Virus record (IMG/VR): IMGVR_UViG_3300047382_000480
Span: 64,001 to 128,000 of that record
Length of the DNA stretch: 64,000 nt
Source: a virus
Reading direction: 5' to 3' (one strand)
The notes below the pieces were generated by a model. It was not told the origin of the DNA, ran no database searches, and saw only the letters and a program-made list of their open reading frames with translations. The number at the start of each line of letters is the position of its first letter. Position 1 is the stretch's first letter. A program made the translations under genes and the position numbers. Below are positions 49,343 to 58,957 of the stretch, one piece after another.

Positions 49343-49422
49343 ATAAACTTGCAACGAGTACTCTTGTTAAATTTTGTCGTTGAGTTTTACCAAGTTTCTA
49401 GCCAAGAGGAGCTAGATTCCTG
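49343..49422 (-). ncRNA. Candidate structured RNA in gp32 3' UTR
   Basis: Two hairpins whose loops are complementary (CUCUUG/CAAGAG). Confidence 0.45.
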
Positions 49423-50331
49423 TTAATCGTCTTCAGCCAACTTAGCGAAGTATGATAGTGTATCATCTTCATCATCGTCATTAGACGCAACTGATACCTC
49501 TGGTTTTGAATCAACAAAAATTTGATCTTCGACATCACCAGTTTGTTCGGCAACTTTCTCAGCTGTGGTTACTTTAGCACCACCAGTAAGAACCATTTCT
49601 AGTTTTTGCTTCAACTCATCATAAGACTTGAAGTTCTTTGGATCAACAATTTCAGCTAGAGAAATTTGTTTCGCCCAAATGGCTTCTATTTCTGAATCTT
49701 CGGAAGCGATAGGAGTTGGGGTAGTTTCAAACTCAGACTTGTCATAGTTACGATAACCATCAACTTGACGAGCCTTCAGTTTAAAGTTTACACCTTCCCA
49801 AAAATCAAAAGGATTAACTGGTGTTTCGTCTTCGAACTGTGGTTGCATAACGTCTTTGATTTTGTCAAAGATTTTCTTACCAAATTTGTAAAGCATAACC
49901 TGCCCCTCGTTTTGAGGATTAGCAGGATCCTTCACAACAAGAACATTAGCATAATAAGCAAGTCGACGTTTTTGTTTTCGGGCAAGATCTTTATTCGCCT
50001 CAACACCACTATTCCAAAGTTCGCTGTTCAATTCAGAAACAGGGTCTTGTTGGTTTAGAGTAGTGAGGGAGTTTTCAATATACCACTTACCAGTTGGACC
50101 TTGGAACCCATGATTAAACATACGAACCCATGGAAGTTCCTCGCCTTGAGGGGAAGGCAAAAAACGAAGAACAGCATAACCATTACCAGCGGAATCTACT
50201 GAGAGTTTCCACTCATTGCTGTCATCTTTTTTATAGTTGGTTTGTGGTGCATCAATTTTTTCGACTTCTTTCATTAGATTATCGAAAGAGCCTCTTGCTT
50301 TACGCAAGTCAGATAGGGAATTAAACGACAT
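49423..50331 (-). CDS. gp32: Single-stranded DNA-binding protein
   Basis: GNGYAVLRFLP, GKWYIENSLTTL, KFGKKIFDKI, NPFDFWEG, acidic tail SYFAKLAEDD. Confidence 0.97.
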   Translation of the reverse strand: MSFNSLSDLRKARGSFDNLMKEVEKIDAPQTNYKKDDSNEWKLSVDSAGNGYAVLRFLPSPQGEELPWVRMFNHGFQGPTGKWYIENSLTTLNQQDPVSELNSELWNSGVEANKDLARKQKRRLAYYANVLVVKDPANPQNEGQVMLYKFGKKIFDKIKDVMQPQFEDETPVNPFDFWEGVNFKLKARQVDGYRNYDKSEFETTPTPIASEDSEIEAIWAKQISLAEIVDPKNFKSYDELKQKLEMVLTGGAKVTTAEKVAEQTGDVEDQIFVDSKPEVSVASNDDDEDDTLSYFAKLAEDD

Positions 50332-50390
50332 ATTTTTTCTCCGTATAAGCGTTGTATTTACGATGTATTTTTTGTCCTTTATCAGCGGAC

Positions 50391-50966
50391 TTAGTATTTA
50401 TAAAGATTCTCACCTAGATACCTAGTCTTTTCTGTTAATTTGACAAATGGTCGATATTTTTTTATAAGCAAATTAATGCTCTCTAAAAATATATCATCAC
50501 TATTATCGCTTATTTCAAACAATTTGTCAAGCAAAACTAATGTCTCAATCGTTATTTTTTTACCAAGATAAAGACGATAGACTAATGCGTGATGTCCTTG
50601 TTCAGCGATAAATGGGTTAGAAATAGATTCTTTTTCCATTTCTAATTTTATCAGTTCTACGTCTTGCTCAAACTGATAATCTCTTCTCGCCTTGCGTGAT
50701 TTCCATTCCTTATAGATCTCAGAGGAGCGAGTATCAAACATCCCACCCCACTTGTCTCCAGAAACAAAATTAGCCACTAGCAAGTCGATAATTTCTTTTT
50801 TCTTGTAGTCCCTTGCAAGTTTACGCATTGCAATAATATCTTTCCTCTTCAGGAATGCCTTCTCGCTTGCCTTTACTGCACCACGTGTTTTTGTGATGTC
50901 ATACTTTTCAGTTGTAAAGTGTAGTTTGAGAGCAAGATATAATTTGTAAACCTCAAATGGGTCCAT
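50391..50966 (-). CDS. gp59: Helicase loader
   Basis: YKLYLALKLHF...YD, F.KRKD, ANF, I.IETL. Confidence 0.85.
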   Translation of the reverse strand: MDPFEVYKLYLALKLHFTTEKYDITKTRGAVKASEKAFLKRKDIIAMRKLARDYKKKEIIDLLVANFVSGDKWGGMFDTRSSEIYKEWKSRKARRDYQFEQDVELIKLEMEKESISNPFIAEQGHHALVYRLYLGKKITIETLVLLDKLFEISDNSDDIFLESINLLIKKYRPFVKLTEKTRYLGENLYKY

Positions 50967-51262
50967 TACAATGGCAACTTCCCTGACTTATCAAACTTCA
51001 AAAGATTCAATTCAGATGCCTCTACTTTAATTTTATCTTTCAATGATGCAGTCAATAATTTCTTGACAGATTCAATTTCTAAATTATTCTGTTCACAAAA
51101 ATAAACAATGGTATCGATATACCCAGACGCAGTTCTAACTGCTTCTTTCTCTATGTGCTGAGAGAAATCAGAGGAACTCTTGAATTGTTTTGTGATCAAA
51201 TATTGGTCTGTGACTTTCGAAGCATCCGTCGTCATATCGTTATCAACTACCACTTTTGGCAT
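50966..51262 (-). CDS. gp33: Late transcription co-activator
   Basis: FS..IE, YID.IV.FCE.N.LEIE, LKDKI..EA..LNLL; ATG at 51262 after GGAG. Confidence 0.88.
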   Translation of the reverse strand: MPKVVVDNDMTTDASKVTDQYLITKQFKSSSDFSQHIEKEAVRTASGYIDTIVYFCEQNNLEIESVKKLLTASLKDKIKVEASELNLLKFDKSGKLPL

Positions 51263-52085
51263 CTTGAAATCTCCCTTTCCAATCTCTAATATATTCAATG
51301 ACATCATGACTCCGTTTTATATATGGGGTTTCACAAATAGTGTGTTCAGCCTCACCCTTTCGGTCAAACTCGTAGACAGAAGGATGATCAAATGCCTCCG
51401 CTATCTGATTAATTGTATATGGGTTGTTTGAACCGAAATGCGCTTCTCTTATTTTCTTTCCAGACACAACAAGGTTCACAACCCCCTTCGCTACATCTTC
51501 AATATGGGTGAAATCTCTTGACTTATTCCCAGTACCGAATATCCGTAGACTCTCATTTTTAATAATTTGGTTTTTAAATGCTCTTATAACAGTGCTGTGT
51601 TCACCATAGTCCGCTTCTCTCGGACCATATACATTATAAAAGAACATGAGGTGAAAGTCAAGGGAATATTGAAGACTGTAAAAATTCAATGCTTCTTCGC
51701 ACATAGCCTTCCCAAACGTATATGCATTAGAATATGGATCAGTAAATTCTACGCTAGATGATTGAGCAAAATACAAGGGGCATTTAAACCTTGTAGCCCA
51801 CTCACAAACAGCAACTGTTGGGTTGATATTGTTTAGTATGGATTCTGCTGGGTGATCAAAGGATGCCCTTACTCTTGGAGTATTCGCAAGATGTATTATC
51901 CCGTCACACGGAGGTGGGGTGACATTACAAACATCATCAAAAATATAAGATACATTAGGAGAATCAGAAACATATGTTCCATTTCTTTTGTCGTCTACTA
52001 CTGTCACTGAGCAATCTTGTTCAGCTAGTAAATCAACGACATGACTTCCTATAAACCCGCAACCGCCAGTTACAACGATATGCAT
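51243..52085 (-). CDS. NAD-dependent epimerase/dehydratase
   Basis: VTGGCGFIG, YTFGK (YxxxK), NVYGP, RDFTH. Confidence 0.9.
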   Translation of the reverse strand: MHIVVTGGCGFIGSHVVDLLAEQDCSVTVVDDKRNGTYVSDSPNVSYIFDDVCNVTPPPCDGIIHLANTPRVRASFDHPAESILNNINPTVAVCEWATRFKCPLYFAQSSSVEFTDPYSNAYTFGKAMCEEALNFYSLQYSLDFHLMFFYNVYGPREADYGEHSTVIRAFKNQIIKNESLRIFGTGNKSRDFTHIEDVAKGVVNLVVSGKKIREAHFGSNNPYTINQIAEAFDHPSVYEFDRKGEAEHTICETPYIKRSHDVIEYIRDWKGRFQDAKSGS

Positions 52086-52086
52086 T

Positions 52087-52512
52087 CTATACTTCTTCTA
52101 CTGAGAGTTGACCTTCGAAAACAACCATTGATTCGTCACAATAGTATCCATTTTCTTCTAGATAACTTACACCATCTAAATCAACACCTTCCCAGACTTC
52201 ATCTATAGTTCCATCTAATTCTTCATCTTCAGTCCAGCCGATATAGTCAACATCCTCCACATAACCATCGAAAGATGCTGCAAACTCAGTATCGCTGTAA
52301 TCATAAGGTCTGAATGAATCATTTTCTCCATTAGCTAATGCAGTTTGCAATAAGTTTACTTCGTCGTCAGTCCTTGGAGTAATGTTAATTGTACCTCTTT
52401 TCCAGATGGTTGTTAACACAACTTTTTTGGAGTCACAAACCCAATCTTCAACCTCTTTAAATCCATACTTGGGTGGATTAACTGCATATGTTTTATCTTT
52501 TTGAATCTTCAT
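52087..52512 (-). CDS. Hypothetical acidic protein
   Basis: 141 aa ORF behind a consensus promoter. Confidence 0.75.
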   Translation of the reverse strand: MKIQKDKTYAVNPPKYGFKEVEDWVCDSKKVVLTTIWKRGTINITPRTDDEVNLLQTALANGENDSFRPYDYSDTEFAASFDGYVEDVDYIGWTEDEELDGTIDEVWEGVDLDGVSYLEENGYYCDESMVVFEGQLSVEEV

Positions 52513-52554
52513 TTGAATCCCACATTTATATCTGCATAGTGAATTTATTTATAC

Positions 52555-52583
52555 ATTATACCATAAAGTCTGTGATTAGTCAA
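52555..52583 (-). promoter_or_regulatory. Sigma70-type early promoter
   Basis: TTGACT-N17-TATAAT. Confidence 0.85.
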
Positions 52584-52594
52584 GTAAAATTTTA

Positions 52595-53254
52595 CTAGAC
52601 ATTCTCGCTCTCCCAGATATCTCTTGCATTGAGTAACAACTCCACATAGTTATCTCGTTTCTCAACAAATATTTGTGGGTCATCTCCCTCGACAGCAACC
52701 ATAATAACACTCTGGTCTATGGGAATACCAGTTCTTTCTTCGTACATAATTGCATATGCTGCAGCTTGAGCAAAGTAATTACTAATCCATTCCTTCTTTT
52801 TTGGTTTTGCTGAGGTTTTAAAATCAATAATTGACAACTTACCTTCATATTCAGCAATGCAATCAACACGACCTGCTAGTCTTAAATGATCGCTATACAA
52901 CGCTATCTCTTGTCCATGAATATTGTCTATACGATCTAACAGTGGTCTGAAATTATTAAACATCTCCTTATCAAGCAAGGACATATTTGACATATCAATT
53001 TGTTTGTTATTGAGTATATCTTCACACAATAAATGTATTTTTGTCCCACGAGTTGATGCTTGACGGCTCACACGATTAGCTGTTTCCTCACCAACTCTAT
53101 CTCTCCATTTCTTTATGGAGTCTCTAGATAGGACACTTAAGACAGTTGTAACAGATGGATATGCCGCACCAGAGTCAGTATGATAACGTCTACTTCCATC
53201 TGGTGCGGTTTTATCTTTTGCGAAATCAGCGATTTCTTTTAAGTGATTGAACAT
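52595..53254 (-). CDS. PD-(D/E)XK exonuclease
   Basis: YPSVTTVL, RGT.IH, AGRVDCI, IIDFKTS, Q..AYA. Confidence 0.88.
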   Translation of the reverse strand: MFNHLKEIADFAKDKTAPDGSRRYHTDSGAAYPSVTTVLSVLSRDSIKKWRDRVGEETANRVSRQASTRGTKIHLLCEDILNNKQIDMSNMSLLDKEMFNNFRPLLDRIDNIHGQEIALYSDHLRLAGRVDCIAEYEGKLSIIDFKTSAKPKKKEWISNYFAQAAAYAIMYEERTGIPIDQSVIMVAVEGDDPQIFVEKRDNYVELLLNARDIWESENV

Positions 53255-53551
53255 TTAAGATTTCTTTCTAGGCTTGAAACCTAACATTTTCATCGCTTCA
53301 AGTGGAGTAAACTCCTCAGCCAGTTTCAAGTAAATTTCAACATGGGCATTTTTGACGAGATAATTTACCCAAGACTTCCAAGGTTTTGAACCATACTTGA
53401 ATCGTGCGATAAAAGCAGGTTTCATTTTACCTACCCAAGATGGGTGACAGGTAGGATTAACTTCGTCCATAGTCTGTGAACCCTCATATGGACCATTATA
53501 CATAAGGAATGACCCATCCCACTGAAACAACTCTTTATCAAATCTAGTCAT
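53255..53551 (-). CDS. Hypothetical protein
   Basis: 98 aa ORF (FIARFKY) directly behind a strong promoter. Confidence 0.75.
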   Translation of the reverse strand: MTRFDKELFQWDGSFLMYNGPYEGSQTMDEVNPTCHPSWVGKMKPAFIARFKYGSKPWKSWVNYLVKNAHVEIYLKLAEEFTPLEAMKMLGFKPRKKS

Positions 53552-53583
53552 AATCTCACTCTCTCATCTCAATTTATACAACT

Positions 53584-53612
53584 ATTATACTACAAAGAGT
53601 TTTAAAAGTCAA
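53584..53612 (-). promoter_or_regulatory. Sigma70-type early promoter with A-tract UP element
   Basis: A-tracts followed by TTGACT-N17-TATAAT. Confidence 0.88.
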
Positions 53613-53638
53613 CACTTTTTTTTATTTTTTTCAAGTAT

Positions 53639-54394
53639 TTAAACTGAATATTGCTCCTCATATTGCTCTCTGGCAATGATATATTCTTTAACAATGTCGC
53701 TTCTCACTATATCCTCAGGTGTAAACTCGAATATATTAAACGATGGCATAAGATCTGCTATAACCATAAATTTCTTTAGACCTGACATATCATTTCTCTT
53801 TGAATAAAGATCTGACTGTTTGAAGTCTCCTGCAAAGATTACTTTACTTCTCTGACCAATACGTGTCATTATGGAATTCAGTTCCATATCATTCATATTC
53901 TGACACTCATCAACAATAATAATCGCATCGTCTAGTGTAATGCCTCGAACAAATGATGTTATCATCCAGTCTATCTTTTTTGATTCTTGTAGACGCTCAA
54001 ATACCTGATGTTTGTCTGGAAATAATTCCTCGCACATATCAATATATGGGCGCATATAGACTTCTGTTTTCTCTATTTCGTTTCCAGGAAGGTGACCAAT
54101 ATCTCGAGATGCAACAGCAGAACGACATACAACAACCTTATTAAAAGGATTGCCTTTGTCGAGGACTTCTTCTAATGCTTTGTAAAGTGCGATAAAGGTT
54201 TTACCTGTACCAGCGGAGCCGTGGAGGAGCATACAGGTTGAGGATCGGTAAGCCTCATAAAAAGATTTTTGAGTCGGGGTGAGCGGGTCGAATACTTGTA
54301 GATCGTCAATTTTTGGTTGGAGCCTATTGTTTCCTTTTTTGAAAGTTGATTTGTCGTCTTGGATGAGTTGCAGGCTTGCTTGTTTTTTCGACAT
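53639..54394 (-). CDS. phoH: PhoH-family ATPase
   Basis: GSAGTGKT, GHLPG, RGITLD, VDECQN, GDFKQSD, DIVRS. Confidence 0.95.
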   Translation of the reverse strand: MSKKQASLQLIQDDKSTFKKGNNRLQPKIDDLQVFDPLTPTQKSFYEAYRSSTCMLLHGSAGTGKTFIALYKALEEVLDKGNPFNKVVVCRSAVASRDIGHLPGNEIEKTEVYMRPYIDMCEELFPDKHQVFERLQESKKIDWMITSFVRGITLDDAIIIVDECQNMNDMELNSIMTRIGQRSKVIFAGDFKQSDLYSKRNDMSGLKKFMVIADLMPSFNIFEFTPEDIVRSDIVKEYIIAREQYEEQYSV

Positions 54395-54423
54395 TTATAG
54401 ACCTTGTGTGTTGGTTGAGTTTT

Positions 54424-54726
54424 TTACGAAATTGCCCCCTTTCGCGAGGGAGTCACATCGGTCACGTTACTCATTATGCGGGAAATTATTGCCTTTGCGT
54501 CGCGAGATAGCAAAAAGCTAGATTGAGCCGATCGCATACAGTCTATTGTGTAATATGGATCAGCACTTCGTATATCGTTTTTTGTGAAAAGATCTGTTCG
54601 GGAACCGAATATATTAATGCAGAGGAGAACCATTTCTATTTCCTCTTCAGTGTAAAGTTTAATGGCGACTCCTAGAGGTGTCGTCCTCTGAAACTTCTTT
54701 GGGAATTTTACTATTTTTGCTTTCAT
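54424..54726 (-). CDS. Hypothetical protein
   Basis: 100 aa ORF in operon context. Confidence 0.65.
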   Translation of the reverse strand: MKAKIVKFPKKFQRTTPLGVAIKLYTEEEIEMVLLCINIFGSRTDLFTKNDIRSADPYYTIDCMRSAQSSFLLSRDAKAIISRIMSNVTDVTPSRKGAIS

Positions 54727-54737
54727 TATTTTATTTA

Positions 54738-56174
54738 TTATGAAACTACTTTTACGCCATACTTTTTTTCAAATAAATTAGCATCTTCGCGACTATTAAC
54801 CATCGGTTCGCCTTTAATATTTAATGACGTATTTAACAACATAGGAATTCCAGTTTCCTTCTTCCATTTCTTTAGTAATCTCCAAAGACCTTCGTGTTGT
54901 TCTTTGGTCACAGTCTGTACTCTACTCGTTCCATCTTTATGTACAATTGCTGGATACTTTTCGGGATCCCTTGCTTTAACTATATATTGCATATATGGGC
55001 TCTCAAACCCCTCGTCAACATAGAAATGTTTGTGGACATCTTCTTGTAATATAACAGGAGCAAATGGTCTAAACTCTTGCCGTTTCTTAATCTTATTCAC
55101 CAAATCTTTCATTTCTAATCCAGTGGGATTGGCAAACAGACTTCTATTACCCAATGCTCTTGGACCAAACTCAGCACGACCACTAGCAACACCAACAATG
55201 TTATTATCTATCAACTCTTTGAAGAGTTTATTTACAGGGTAATCACCTTTTATCTCTTCACCGAGATATGGAGACTTCCAGTGTAACATTTCCATTTCAT
55301 TACCTGCAACTGCTCCAATAGAACTACCAGCATCTCCTGGATTTGGCATAACCCAAACATTATCAAAGAATTCATGAGCGTGTCTATTTGCTAAACAATT
55401 TAACGCACACCCGCCCATCAAAACAAGATTCGCGGATTTAGTTAGATGTTTAGCAAGTTTTAGAAGTTTAATAAATTCTTCTTCGTAAACTTTTTGTGCG
55501 GATGCAGCTAAATCAAAATGATCAGCATCGGGTAAAAGGTTTGAGCAACCTCTATGAAAATTAAACTTTGCTTCTAACATTTCTCTCATTTGGTCAGCAT
55601 ATTTTGGATCACCATATGCTGACATTCCCATGAGAATGTATTCGTCTTCGTTTGGTTTTAAATTTACACGACCTGTTATTGCAGAATAAAATAATCCAAG
55701 GGATTGAGGGTAAACTTTGGTGAACAGTTTTTTACTGCTGATGTTTCCGCTTTTGTCGCAAGAATATGCTGATATGGAAGTTGTATCAAACTCCCCTATG
55801 GCATCAATTACAAGAACAGCAGCATCTTTAAAATTAGAAGTAGCAAACCCAGCAGATGCGTGAGACCTGTGATGATTCCCATATTTAACTTTTGCGTCTA
55901 TCCCATACCCCTTGAGATATGTACGAGGGTTCATCCATTTATTGGGTTGCCCAGCATATAACTTCCGGAGAGCCTTTTTGTAAGGATCTTCATACCAGTG
56001 GATAATATCTGGATTCCCAAACTTCAACGCTTCTTCTATCAATTGTGTGTTTAGGTGTGCATCGTTTTTCTTTCTACTATATCTCTCAGTATGACTCGCA
56101 AAAAGAATTTCATTATCTTTAACTACTGCAAGAGACCCATCATGAGTCCCTGCTGCAACACCCCACTTAATCAT
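54738..56174 (-). CDS. Carbamoyltransferase (NodU/CmcH family)
   Basis: HD.S, ERYSRKK, HH.SHA, DAIGE, GGCALN, GDAG, EFGPRALGNRS, FRPFAP, LNTSLN. Confidence 0.95.
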   Translation of the reverse strand: MIKWGVAAGTHDGSLAVVKDNEILFASHTERYSRKKNDAHLNTQLIEEALKFGNPDIIHWYEDPYKKALRKLYAGQPNKWMNPRTYLKGYGIDAKVKYGNHHRSHASAGFATSNFKDAAVLVIDAIGEFDTTSISAYSCDKSGNISSKKLFTKVYPQSLGLFYSAITGRVNLKPNEDEYILMGMSAYGDPKYADQMREMLEAKFNFHRGCSNLLPDADHFDLAASAQKVYEEEFIKLLKLAKHLTKSANLVLMGGCALNCLANRHAHEFFDNVWVMPNPGDAGSSIGAVAGNEMEMLHWKSPYLGEEIKGDYPVNKLFKELIDNNIVGVASGRAEFGPRALGNRSLFANPTGLEMKDLVNKIKKRQEFRPFAPVILQEDVHKHFYVDEGFESPYMQYIVKARDPEKYPAIVHKDGTSRVQTVTKEQHEGLWRLLKKWKKETGIPMLLNTSLNIKGEPMVNSREDANLFEKKYGVKVVS

Positions 56175-56271
56175 AGATAAACGGATCCTTGTCCCGAAGT
56201 TCCTTCAGGCGTTTTTTAAATGCACGTTTCGCTTTCCACTTATAATATATGTTTTTAACCCATCCAACCAT
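56167..56271 (-). CDS. 34-aa basic peptide ending KDPFIYD
   Basis: Manual translation MVGWVKNIYYKWKAKRAFKKRLKELRDKDPFIYD; fills the gap and overlaps both neighbours. Confidence 0.7.
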   Translation of the reverse strand: MVGWVKNIYYKWKAKRAFKKRLKELRDKDPFIYD

Positions 56272-56986
56272 TTTTCTCAAAATCCTCTTTTATTGTGTTC
56301 GACCACAGCTTATAAACATCCCCATTGGGGTGCAATCTATCCCTCGCCTTGTCTCCTTCGTTAGGCGACCACGCAAGATTTCTTTCCGTGCCAGCTATTT
56401 GTATAGGAGTATAATCAAGGTATCTCGTTATATTTAGCTGGTTCATGGTGTTAATAATCTGGTCATTGTGAAACATAAAATTATCATTTCTGATCCAAAA
56501 ATTTGTATATGCCTGATTCTGATCCCATGACCCTTCGTGAACAATCCCTGTGTTTCCAGTTTGAGGGTGGCAAAATTTCACATATCTATCTGGAGTGCTC
56601 CATTGAACCACGACCGCATATGGGGTTACGTGTTTCAGGAGATTTGCTGCGTTGTATAACATAAACATATTTGATGACCCAGCAACACCAAGATTAATTA
56701 CTGGTCTTCCGATTGCCTTTTGTAGCTGAGAGGATACTGTACATTCCTTTGGTACTCCTACGCCCATTGTGCAAGAATCCCCAATAATAACAACAGCGTT
56801 TTTCCAGTCTATTGTATCCCATTCATCAGTTCTATACCCATCGGAATTAAGGTCATATGTTATATGGACATCACGCCATTTCTCTTTCCATTTTCTACTT
56901 GATTTTTCCCAAGTCTCTGGATTATCAGTCGCCATCCATTCAGGGCTATTATTATCATAAGTTAGATTATTTCCCCTGAGTAACAT
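56255..56986 (-). CDS. SGNH/GDSL-like protein
   Basis: NSDGYR, GDSCTMG, NLGVAGSS, D.LHP. Confidence 0.7.
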   Translation of the reverse strand: MLLRGNNLTYDNNSPEWMATDNPETWEKSSRKWKEKWRDVHITYDLNSDGYRTDEWDTIDWKNAVVIIGDSCTMGVGVPKECTVSSQLQKAIGRPVINLGVAGSSNMFMLYNAANLLKHVTPYAVVVQWSTPDRYVKFCHPQTGNTGIVHEGSWDQNQAYTNFWIRNDNFMFHNDQIINTMNQLNITRYLDYTPIQIAGTERNLAWSPNEGDKARDRLHPNGDVYKLWSNTIKEDFEKNGWMG

Positions 56987-57806
56987 ATCCCCTCCGCATA
57001 ATCTCGTCCTCCAATAAACTAGAAATATGAATATGCCCTTGATTAGAAGGATGACCGCAAGGTGTGATCAATCCCTCTGCAAATCCAGGAATTTTATATC
57101 TGTTAAAATATTCATTAGAATAAATTGGTTGTAATTCATCTTCGGATAAAGATGGTTCTTGTTCTCTAACCAGATATTCCATTAGTGTTCTATTTCCCTT
57201 TGGTTTAACCATCAAGTCCCAATCAACAATATCCGCAAGATACTTTTTTGACTCTGGGATAATCATAGATCTAAACTCTTCTCTTCCAATCCTCAAGTCG
57301 AACGCAGAAACAAGAAGCAGTTTAGCATTATTTACTTTACACCAATTTTGTACCTCGGCAATGTTTAATATGCAATCTACTGCCTCTTGTTGCCAACTAT
57401 TCCCAAACTCAGCATATCCTTGCCAAAGTTTATTGCCACTAAGATCTGGAAATACTGGTTGGAAATGATGATCGACCAATTCTCCTTTAGGTTGTAAAAA
57501 ATCAAATCTAGATAAACCAGACAAACAAAAAACAACAATTTTTTCTGACGTTGAATCTAGCTGGTTCATATAAAGTTCTTTCGCAGCAGACCGATTCCCT
57601 CTTCCTTTAGAACCAAAATTCAAAGGTATGTAACCAATTCTATCCGCAAGGTTTGTAACCCAACTATGATCGCTTTCTACTCGGTCAATCATCGCTATTG
57701 GTGCTCTTTTATATACTCCGTCTCCGTATCTCGCGTGAAACTTTCTGGGCACTGACCCCTGTCCACTAGTGAAACTACAACCAATTCCAATCAAATACTT
57801 ACTCAT
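56967..57806 (-). CDS. SGNH-like protein
   Basis: GCSFTSG, NFG..G.GN, HPS..GH. Confidence 0.65.
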   Translation of the reverse strand: MSKYLIGIGCSFTSGQGSVPRKFHARYGDGVYKRAPIAMIDRVESDHSWVTNLADRIGYIPLNFGSKGRGNRSAAKELYMNQLDSTSEKIVVFCLSGLSRFDFLQPKGELVDHHFQPVFPDLSGNKLWQGYAEFGNSWQQEAVDCILNIAEVQNWCKVNNAKLLLVSAFDLRIGREEFRSMIIPESKKYLADIVDWDLMVKPKGNRTLMEYLVREQEPSLSEDELQPIYSNEYFNRYKIPGFAEGLITPCGHPSNQGHIHISSLLEDEIMRRGYVTQGK

Positions 57807-58956
57807 AAAAATAATCCTTGCAATATTGTCGAAGTTCTATGTGTGCTACATCAGGTTTTGAAGAATTTTCTGTGAGTTGGTTGTAGTTATGTTCTAAAAC
57901 AGGTCTCATAGATTCAAACCAAGAAACTTTATCCTCTATAGAATCAATGTACTTCAGAGTTTCTATAATAGCATCCATCCTTTTTGTGTCATCAAGTTTA
58001 TCATAAGACTCGTCAAAATAATCAGAAAATGTTTTATAACCTCTACTCTTCATTATTTCTAACTCACCCTTTCCACCAAGAACTATAAATGGGTGGTAGC
58101 AAGCGATTGGTTTGAATACCTTTTCGCTTGTGAATGTAGTAAGTTCTTTATCGTAATATTGTGGTTCGCTGACCACACTTACAAATGTCTTAAGAGAATA
58201 GTCAGTGTGTATTCTATTCATATAGTGCATCCAATCTTGGTCGTGTTTTTCTCCCAAAATATAATGATCTCTAGCAGGGAAGCTACACAATCCCCTTTCT
58301 AATACACCAGAAACACTCATCTTATCGAAAAACTCATGTCGGTGATATCTCGCTCTTTTTTGTGGGCAATTAAATGCCCAAACTTGATTATTTTTCTTAT
58401 ACTCTATGTGCTCATCTACTGATTCAATATTGGTTTGCATCATGGAAAGGGTTTTAACATGCTCCTCGAATAAAGCATATGGTAAGCATTTTATTCTGTT
58501 AAAAATAGATCTAGAGTTTGCCCATTCTTCATAATGTCTATCAACTAACATATTACCTGTCACATAAACAATTGCTTGTGGTGGAATGAGCAACCTTTCA
58601 CACTCACTATGAAACCAAGAAAATAACCAAGATTCTTGATAACCTTCTAGAGAAAAATCAATCAACAGAATGGCTGTTCCATCTCTAAGTTTTTCAAGAT
58701 AAGAATCATTGATAAAATCAAACAAAGAAGTTCCTCCAAACTCCTCACCCTTTGCCCATTGTTCGATTGCCCCATTCACGCCCACTGGAATGATAACATT
58801 TTTGCTATCGTGCGTTTGCAACTCAGCTTGACCAACTGTTCTGCAAATAACATTAACCATCGGGCTGACTTGAAACCTTTTTCTAGAATCTTCGAATTTA
58901 TCTTCGCAACTCAGTAGGTTTTCTCGGGTTAGGAAATTTTCAAAAATAAAATTCAT
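57799..58956 (-). CDS. Putative glycosyltransferase (GT10-like C-terminus)
   Basis: VSVVSE...FTSEKVFKPI...HPFIVLG...GYKTF...FDESYD...HNY. Confidence 0.5.
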   Translation of the reverse strand: MNFIFENFLTRENLLSCEDKFEDSRKRFQVSPMVNVICRTVGQAELQTHDSKNVIIPVGVNGAIEQWAKGEEFGGTSLFDFINDSYLEKLRDGTAILLIDFSLEGYQESWLFSWFHSECERLLIPPQAIVYVTGNMLVDRHYEEWANSRSIFNRIKCLPYALFEEHVKTLSMMQTNIESVDEHIEYKKNNQVWAFNCPQKRARYHRHEFFDKMSVSGVLERGLCSFPARDHYILGEKHDQDWMHYMNRIHTDYSLKTFVSVVSEPQYYDKELTTFTSEKVFKPIACYHPFIVLGGKGELEIMKSRGYKTFSDYFDESYDKLDDTKRMDAIIETLKYIDSIEDKVSWFESMRPVLEHNYNQLTENSSKPDVAHIELRQYCKDYFYE

Positions 58957-58957
58957 A

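Larger units (their letters stand above)
3424..50402. promoter_or_regulatory. Dispersed T4-type late promoter motifs TATAAATA
   Basis: Minus strand at 3424, 5639, 8284, 15376, 24219, 30484, 32491, 37539, 39961, 45066, 50395; plus strand at 45042, 45509. Each is just upstream of a gene start in the matching orientation. Confidence 0.8.

Noticed and set aside
52595-53254. Cas4 / CRISPR association
   Set aside because: No Fe-S Cys cluster, no other cas genes and no array; fits the ordinary T4-like PD-(D/E)XK exonuclease
54436-54450. CCCT...AGGG hairpin as a terminator
   Set aside because: Short stem inside a coding region with no adjacent U-tract
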